Shown here piece by piece: positions 57,009 through 64,000 of a DNA stretch of 64,000 bases (positions are counted from its first letter, which is position 1; each line of letters starts with the position of its first letter). The notes beneath the pieces are model-generated. The model was not told the DNA's origin. It worked only from the letters and a program-made list of their open reading frames with translations, and ran no database searches. The stretch covers positions 1 to 64,000 of the forward strand of contig NIVC01001988.1 of the NCBI GenBank assembly GCA_002269645.1. Direction: 5' to 3'. Made by a program: the position numbers and the translations under genes. This stretch comes from Macrostomum lignano (Eukaryota).

Positions 57009-58088
57009 TCATTTGCCGTGCAGCTCCGGCAAAATTCGGCCCTTCTTTTTTGCGCGCTCGATTTTGCGCTTTACTCGCGCCTCCCCGCGCGCCCGAATGT
57101 TGGCGCGCCGGCGCTCCTGGCGCTCCGTCTGGCGCTGTTCCACGCCGGCCTGGCGCTCCTGCCATTTGCGCGCCTTCACGCGCCGCATCTTCGCCTGGCG
57201 CTTGGCTGTGCGCGCCAGCCGGGCCGGGTCGTCCTTCACCTTCACACCCTCGGCGCGGGCCATTGCACGCTCCCACCGCGCCTTCTCCTCCAGGCGGGCC
57301 GCCGCCTCGGGATTGGAAGATTTCATCGCCTCGATGCGGCGCCGCTGACGCTCGAGGTCGGCGCCGGCGGTGGTGGGCACCAGGCGGCGCTCCAGCTGCT
57401 TGCGCTGCCGCTTGCGCGTCTCGGCGGCGGCCCGGCTGCCGGTGGTCTCCGAGCCCAGCAGCTCCTCCTTGGCAACCAGGTCGAACTTTGAGTACAAGAT
57501 TTTGCCGTCTTTGTTGTACTTGGCCTGGCTGCCTGACTGCTGCTTCTGCTGCTGCTGGTTCGGCTGAGTCTCATTGGCGGCCGCCAGGTTTTGCACCCGG
57601 CGCTTCAGGGTCGCCTCTTTGCGCTTCAGGCTGCGCCGCTTCTTGCCGCGGTCGCCAGAAGCCGTGGGTTGCGCGTTTCGCTGCTGGCGCAGCTGCTCCA
57701 TGCGGGCCTGCAGCTTCTGCTGCAGCTCCTGCCTGGTGGCCGCCGCCTTCTCCGACTTCGATGGCTGCTGCTGAGTAGCCAGCTTCATCACTGGCTCAAC
57801 GACGGATGAAGAATGTGAAACTGTCGAGTCAGTTTTCAGTTTCTTCTGCTTTTTCTTCGACACCTGATTGAGCTTGCCGAGGGCCGTCAGGACTTTGGCC
57901 GGGTCGGCGAAGTCCGGATCGAAGCGGAGCCGCCGAATGCCGCCGCCGCTGCCCAGGCGGTTCAGCTGCTGGCGCTGCTCGGAGCTGAGGTACAGCGACA
58001 CCGGCAGCAGGCCGAGACAGCGGGACAGCTGGCTGGCGGCATCCGCTGCTGCGGAGTCTGCCGCGGATTCTGAGGCTGTTGTCGCTTC
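57009..58088 (-). CDS. SURF6: Nucleolar protein SURF6/Rrp14; initiator ATG not found in cis
   Basis: GKILYSKFD, WERAMARAEGVKVKDDPARL, KWQERQ...RRANI.AR, KKKGRI. The ORF is entered through acceptor TTGCAG at 58094-58089 in phase 0. Confidence 0.88.
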   Translation of the reverse strand, partial: EATTASESAADSAAADAASQLSRCLGLLPVSLYLSSEQRQQLNRLGSGGGIRRLRFDPDFADPAKVLTALGKLNQVSKKKQKKLKTDSTVSHSSSVVEPVMKLATQQQPSKSEKAAATRQELQQKLQARMEQLRQQRNAQPTASGDRGKKRRSLKRKEATLKRRVQNLAAANETQPNQQQQKQQSGSQAKYNKDGKILYSKFDLVAKEELLGSETTGSRAAAETRKRQRKQLERRLVPTTAGADLERQRRRIEAMKSSNPEAAARLEEKARWERAMARAEGVKVKDDPARLARTAKRQAKMRRVKARKWQERQAGVEQRQTERQERRRANIRARGEARVKRKIERAKKKGRILPELHGK

Positions 58089-58181
58089 CTGCAATGCGTT
58101 CGGTAATCGTTCAAATAAAAAATAATGTCCTTTTACACTACTAGCTGAAAGTAGTTTGAACGAGTGTCACTATCCGATCAC

Positions 58182-58187
58182 TTTATT
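58182..58187 (-). terminator. Candidate poly(A) signal AATAAA about 93 nt upstream of the SURF6 acceptor
   Basis: TTTATT on the + strand, followed on the minus strand by a U-rich tract (58127-58114) and then the acceptor. Confidence 0.4.
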
Positions 58188-58227
58188 AAGAGGCTGACTA
58201 GGGCAATTTTTGAGGACCAAGGATGCC

Positions 58228-59230
58228 TGAATGGCGACTCTTGAGGAGTGAATGGCGACTCTTGAGGAGTGAATGGCGATTCATGAGGGGTGAATGGCGA
58301 TTCTTGAGGAGTGAACGGCGATTCTTGAGGAGTGAATGGCGATTCCTGAGAAGTGAATGGCGATTATTAAGGAGTGAATGGCGATTCCTGAGAAGTGAAT
58401 GGCGATTCTTGTGGAGTGAATGGCGACTCTTGAGGAGTGAATGGCGATTCCTGAGAAGTGAATGGCGATTATTGAGGAGTGAATGGCGATTCCTGAGAAG
58501 TGAAAGGCGATTCATGAGAAGTGAATGGCGATTCTTGTGGAGTGAATGGCGATTCCTGAGAAGTGAATGGCGACTCTTGAGGAGTGAATGGCGATTCCTG
58601 AGAAGTGAATGGCGATTATTGAGGAGTGAATGGCGATTCCTGAGAAGTGAATGGCGATTCTTGTGGAGTGAATGGCGATTATTGTGGAGTGAATGGCGAT
58701 TCCTGAGAAGTGAATGGCGATTCATGAGAAGTGAATGGCGATTCTTGTGGAGTGAATGGCGATTCTTGTGGAGTGAATGGCGATTCCTGAGAAGTGAATG
58801 GCGACTCTTGAGGAGTGAATGGCGATTCCTGAGAAGTGAATGGCGATTATTGAGGAGTGAATGGCGATTCCTGAGAAGTGAATGGCGACTCTTGAGGAGT
58901 GAATGGCGATTCCTGAGAAGTGAATGGCGATTATTGAGGAGTGAATGGCGATTCCTGAGAAGTGAATGGCGACTCTTGAGGAGTGAATGGCGATTCCTGA
59001 GAAGTGAATGGCGATTATTGAGGAGTGAATGGCGATTCCTGAGAAGTGAATGGCGATTCTTGTGGAGTGAATGGCGATTATTTTGGAGTGAATGGCGATT
59101 ATTGTGGAGTGAATGGCGATTCCTGAGAAGTGAATGGCGATTCTTGAGTAGTGAATGGCGATTTTTGAGGAGTGAATGGCGATTCTAGAGGAGTGAATGG
59201 CGATTAATGAGGAGTGAATGGCGATTCTTG
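58228..59230. repeat. 21-bp minisatellite
   Basis: Unit GAGTGAATGGCGATTCCTGA(G/A). Confidence 0.93.
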
Positions 59231-59989
59231 AAAGGGGAAAAATGGCCAGGTGTCACGGCACTTGAGGACTGAAGGGCGATTCGTGTAACCCAAAAGGGAG
59301 GCGGCTGGGAGCGAGGCAAACGGGAAAGGCCAGAGAAAGTGTAAAAAGTAAGCCGAGTTCCCAGAGCTCGGAGGCAGTTGCTGATTAAACACGGCACAGA
59401 AAAAAACGCATCAAAAGTGAGGCAGAGAAACCCTTCAGGATGGCAAAAAGTCTCCACTGCAGCCGTGCCCGGAACGGTTATTAAACTAATTAATTGTGCT
59501 CAGCCCCTACCGCTAATGACTCTCTCTATCCTCACCTGCGTGAGAAGTCCACAGTAAATAAAACTTGTTTCGAACTAATAGGAAAATAATATTTTATCAA
59601 ACAGAATCCAGTGTATTTTACAGTTTTCATCTCATTACACAAAATATGATTTATTACTTAAATTGAAGTAAACTGTAAATGCGATCATACAGTAACAAGC
59701 AGGTACAAGTTTGTATAGGCAATCATTAACATTGGCTTCTCAACACTAATACATTTCAGACTAACACTTGACAAGCTTCACGAACACTGACTCAATGATA
59801 AGTTGGCTCCGTGACTTCCAGTGCTGCTAGTAAGAGCTAGGAAGGACTCAGATTAACGGTGCTCTGAAACCCCTTCCCACGAGACTTACAAGGCTTTTTG
59901 GGCTTTTAGGCTTGAAATCTGTAAATCGCTGAGATTAAAAAATATTCTCAGTTCCACTAATCTAAATCTCCAATCCGTAAACTTTCCAA

Positions 59990-60725
59990 TGTTCCCAGAC
60001 TTTCCAATCCCCAAGCTTCCCCTTCCCGCAGACTTCCCAATCCCCAAGCTTCCCCATCCCCCGACTTCCCGATCCCCAAGCTTCCCCATCCCTCAGACTT
60101 CCCAATCTCCAAGCTTCCCCATCCCTCAGACTTCCCAATCCCCAAGCTTCCCCCATCCCTCAGACTTCGCAATCCCCAAGCTTCCCCCATCCCTCAGACT
60201 TCGCAATCCCCAAGCTTCCCCCATCCCTCAGACTTCCCGATCCCCAAGCTTCCCCATCCCGCAGACTTCCCAATCTCCAAGCTTCCCCATCCCTCAGACT
60301 TCGCAATCCCCAAGCTTCCCCATCCCTCAGACTTCGCAATCCCCAAGCTTCCCCCATCCCTCAGACTTCCCAATCCCCAAGCTTCCCCCATCCCTCAGAC
60401 TTCGCAATCCCCAAGCTTCCCCCATCCCTCAGACTTCCCGATCCCAAGCTTCCCCAAGCTTCCCCATCCCGCAGACTTCGCAATCCCCAAGCTTCCCCCA
60501 TCCCTCAGACTTCCCGATCCCCAAGCTTCCCCATCCCGCAGACTTCCCAATCTCCAAGCTTCCCCATCCCTCAGACTTCGCAATCCCCAAGCTTCCCCAT
60601 CCCTCAGACTTCCCAATCCCCAAGCTTCCCCCATCCCTCAGACTTCGCAATCCCCAAGCTTCCCCATCCCTCAGACTTCCCAATCTCCAAGCTTCCCCAT
60701 CCCTCAGACTTCGCAATCCCCAAGC
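59990..60725. repeat. ~22-24-bp composite minisatellite immediately after SERGEF stop
   Basis: Alternating CAGACTTCCCAATCCCCAAG / CTTCCCCCATCCCT units. Confidence 0.9.
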
Positions 60726-60734
60726 TGAAATTTC

Positions 60735-62767
60735 TCAAACCGAGTTTCCCACCAGCTCAAAGTCCGGCTCTCCCTGATGCTCAGACAGCAGCGCAAAAGT
60801 GCAGCCGCCGCCAGCGAAGACGGCAGCGGGATCGGCCGGGATCCGCGCCACCGGCCGCGGCTCGGACAGGAACTCGGCGTCCGAGTCAGCGCCGCAGATG
60901 CCGTGCTCGTTCCAGCCCCAGCACAGCAGCAGCCGCTTGGCACCAGCCGCAACCAGGCAGGCCGAGTGCTCGGAGCCGCTGGCGGCCTGCAGGACTCGCC
61001 AGCCGGCCGGCGTGGCCACCGGGAGCGGCCGCCAGGCGTCTCCGGACCGGCCCAGCTGGCCGAGGTCGCAGCGGCCCCAGCTGAGCAGGCGGCCGCTGCA
61101 GGTCAGCAGCAGCAGGTGGGACCAGCCCGAGTGCAGCGACACGATCGGATCCGCTGTCTGCTCCGCCCCCTGATCCGCTGTCTGCTCCGCCCCATCAGCC
61201 GCCAGCGCACCCAGCGGCACGGGCCTGTCGAACGCGATTCCCAATTCGGGCGGCCGGCCGCACTGGCCGTGCCGATTGTCGCCCCAGACGAAGAGTCTGC
61301 CGGGCCCGGCGGTGAGCACGGCTGTGTGGCCGGTGCCCGCTGCTGCAGCCACCGCCGGCTCCGACAGCGACTCCACCAGGCCTGGCTCCGGACCGCCCGA
61401 GTGACCGAGCTGGAAATTTTCAATCAACATTCAATACATGCTTTGTGAACCCCTACCTCTTCCCCGCCCCTTCAATCCACCCTCTACTTCCGCTTCGCCT
61501 CTACAATCATCCATCTACCTACGCTTTGCTCCTACAATCCTCCCTCTACCTACGCTCCGCCCCAACAATCCTCCCTCTACCTACGCTCCGCCCCTACAAT
61601 CCTCCCTCTACCTACGCTCCGCCCCTACAATCCTCCCTCTACCTACGCTCCGCCCCTACAATCCTCCCTCTACCTACGCTCCGCCCCTACAATCCTCCCT
61701 CTACCTACGCTCCGCCCCTACAATCCTCCCTCTACCTACGCTCCGCCCCTACAATCCTCCCTCTACCTACGCTCCGCCCCTACAATCCTCCCTCTACCTA
61801 CGCTCCGCCCCTACAATCCTCCCTCTACCTACGCTCCGCCCCCTCTATTCGCCCTACTTCCGCTCTGCTCTCGCACCTGTCCCCGCCGTCCGCAGCCCCA
61901 GGTGACGACCCGCCCCAGCCGGCGGGTGCAGGCCACGCCGTGCCGCATGCCTGCCGCGCAGACGGCGATTCCCTCGTCCCCGACCTCCGCTGGAATCGGC
62001 ACCAACGCGGGCTGGCGGCAAACCCGGGCTCCGCCTCCACCGCCGACTCCGCACTGGCCCCGGCTGTTGTTCCCCAGCGCCCACAGGCGGGCGTCGGCGT
62101 CCAACAGCAGGCTGAAATCCCAGCCAGCCGAGGCAGCGACAATTCTTGGCGCAGCGGCAAGCGAAGGCGCGGGGGCGAACAGAAGGCCGCCGGAGCCGCC
62201 AGCCTGGCCGCACTGGTCCCAGCCGCAGGACAGTGGCGTCCGCAGTTCGCCGCCCAAAATTATCGAATGGCCGCCGCCGATAACAACGGAAATTGAGCCA
62301 AACGTTTGACCGGAAGTAGACACGGATGCCTGCCCGGAAGTAGACACGGATGTTTGACCGGAAGTAGACACGGATGTTTGGCCGGAAGTAGACACGGATG
62401 TTTGACCGGAAGTAGACACGGATGCCTGCCCGGAAGTAGACACAGATGTTTGACCGGAAGTAGACACGGATGTTTGACCGGAAGTAGACACGGATGCCTG
62501 CCCGGAAGTAGACACAGATGTTTGGCCGGAACTCATGTCTAACACGTCACCGGAAGTGGATTCCAATTTAGCTTCAAGATCTGTATTAGAAATAATACCG
62601 GAAGTGCAATCGGAAATTCCAGACGCCAGAGACACCGCGGCTGGCCGGCCGGAATCGATAGCATGGCCTTGGCCGAGCTGCCCGTAGGAATTGGCGCCCC
62701 AGCTGAACAGGCAATACGCGCGTCCGAAAGGAAGCGGCCGCGCTGCCCGACTCTGGCCGAGATGCGA
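60735..62767 (-). CDS. SERGEF: RCC1-repeat protein SERGEF/DelGEF; initiator ATG not found in cis
   Basis: Exons 62767-61877 and 61409-60735 with a phase-0 intron. Motifs LFSWGANSYGQLG, GGGHS, AGWDFSLLL, AAGMRHGVA, VWGDNRHGQCG, SGWSHL, WGRCDLGQLGR, SGSEHS and WGWNEHGICG appear in SERGEF order. Confidence 0.85.
61455..61845. repeat. 31-bp minisatellite, SERGEF intron
   Basis: Unit CTACCTACGCTCCGCCCCTACAATCCTCCCT. Confidence 0.92.
62305..62530. repeat. 24-bp in-frame repeat in SERGEF exon (TSVSTSGQ x9), each unit containing CCGGAAGT
   Basis: Period 24, and the frame stays open through it. Confidence 0.88.
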
Positions 62768-63122
62768 CTGGAATTGATTGAATAAAACATTCTTTTTGAC
62801 TTTTTATCAAAGTAAGAAAAAAAAGTAATTTTCGATACATATCGGCAACGTAAGTTTAGGACAACAAAAGAGTAATAATAAGCGAAAAAAGGAATTAGCT
62901 AATGCTATAAAAACAGCTCACCCCGAAACTTGGGGACCAACAAGTTCATAGCCCAGAGGCATTGGCAGTTATATTATTGTAATGCATAACGAATTTTATA
63001 TGAAGATCTGCGTTATGTTGAACGCTCAGCAAATACAGCACATTGCTGAATTTAATATTGAGGCACACTTTCTCCGACGAGAGTAAGGAAGGATAAAAAG
63101 AGGGAGATAGGAAGACGGAGGT

Positions 63123-63124
<2 letters not shown>

Positions 63125-63221
<97 letters not shown>

Positions 63222-63790
63222 AGAGAGAGGAAGACAGGATAGATTAAGAGAGAGACAGGGGTGAGAGGGAGACAGGGTGAGAGGGAGACAGGAGAGATTA
63301 AGAGAGAGACGGGTGAGAGGGAGACAGGGTGAGAGGGAGACAGGAGAGATTAAGAGAGAGACGGGTGAGAGGGAGACAGGGTGAGAGGGAGACAGGGTGA
63401 GAGGGAGACAGGGTGAGAGGGAGACAGGAGAGATTAAGAGAGAGACAGGGGTGAGAGGGAGACAAGGGTGAGAGGGAGACAGGGGTAAGAGGGAGACAAG
63501 GGTGAGAGGGAGACAGGGGTAAGAGGGAGACAAGGGTGAGAGGGAGACAGGGGTAAGAGGGAGACAAGGGTGAGAGGGAGACAGGGGTAAGAGGGAGACA
63601 GGAGAGATTAAGAGAGAGACAGGGTGAGAGGGAGACAAGGGTGAGAGGGAGACAGGGGTAAGAGGGAGACAAGGGTGAGAGGGAGACAGGGGTAAGAGGG
63701 AGACAAGGGTGAGAGGGAGACAAGTGAGAGGGAGACGGGTGAGAGGGAGACAAGTGAGAGGGAGACAAGTGAGAGGGAGACAGGGAGATG
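63125..63790. repeat. (GA)n followed by 16-17-bp GAGAGGGAGACA(A)GGGT minisatellite
   Basis: Dinucleotide run at 63130-63213, then a tandem array. Confidence 0.9.
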
Positions 63791-64000
63791 AGGCCACACA
63801 CCAGCTGCCATAATCGGTGAGTTCTGAAGGCCCCGAGTTGCCGCAGGCGCACTGAAGATTCGAATGCGCCTGCAGCCAACAGGCATGCACAGTGAACAAA
63901 TACGAATATTGATGGAATACGTTCACAAACAAAATGAGCTGGGTTATTACGGTGGACACATTAAATAAAGCATAGAGCAGGGATTAGCGCAATTAAGCAC

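Noticed and set aside
59204-59457. Protein-like stretch as the missing SURF6 first exon
   Set aside because: No in-frame ATG and no convincing phase-0 donor. The Rrp14-N-like segment already lies in the main exon.
63790-63875. Possible isolated exon (AHSNLQCACGNSGP) and a 9-bp hairpin GCAGGCGCA/TGCGCCTGC
   Set aside because: Too short to assign, with no partner exon visible in the window.

Overview
This is eukaryotic (animal) genomic DNA. GC-rich, Ala/Gly-rich exons with GT-AG introns sit in AT-rich spacers, and most introns are filled with micro- or minisatellites. The style suggests a free-living flatworm such as Macrostomum, but that is inference only. Genes I could reconstruct by hand: a partial unknown polyQ protein; two spliced genes plus one fragment for a small, secreted, uncharged 6-Cys peptide; a secreted WSC + PAN-like protein; a 10-exon kinesin-9 (KIF9); a divergent rhodopsin-type GPCR; an N-acylated 3-exon globin (GbX-like); SLC3A2; HSPBP1; SURF6; and SERGEF. 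Mobile DNA includes a hAT MITE with a perfect 8-bp TSD, a hAT nest, a foldback element, a Gypsy integrase relic and a LOA-type LINE tail. A 6.4-kb (ACAG)n array lies between two convergent genes. The most interesting signals are: (1) the Cys-hairpin peptide cluster; (2) SERGEF and SURF6 both lack their own start codon and begin at phase-0 splice acceptors, which fits spliced-leader-donated AUG and an operon; (3) complementary repeats that could fold pre-mRNA; (4) an ETS-motif array inside a coding repeat; (5) a sharply CpG-depleted island. Four genes each carry a single missing base, most likely assembly errors. I saw no rRNA, tRNA or CRISPR array. All coordinates and counts were done by eye and no database searches were run.
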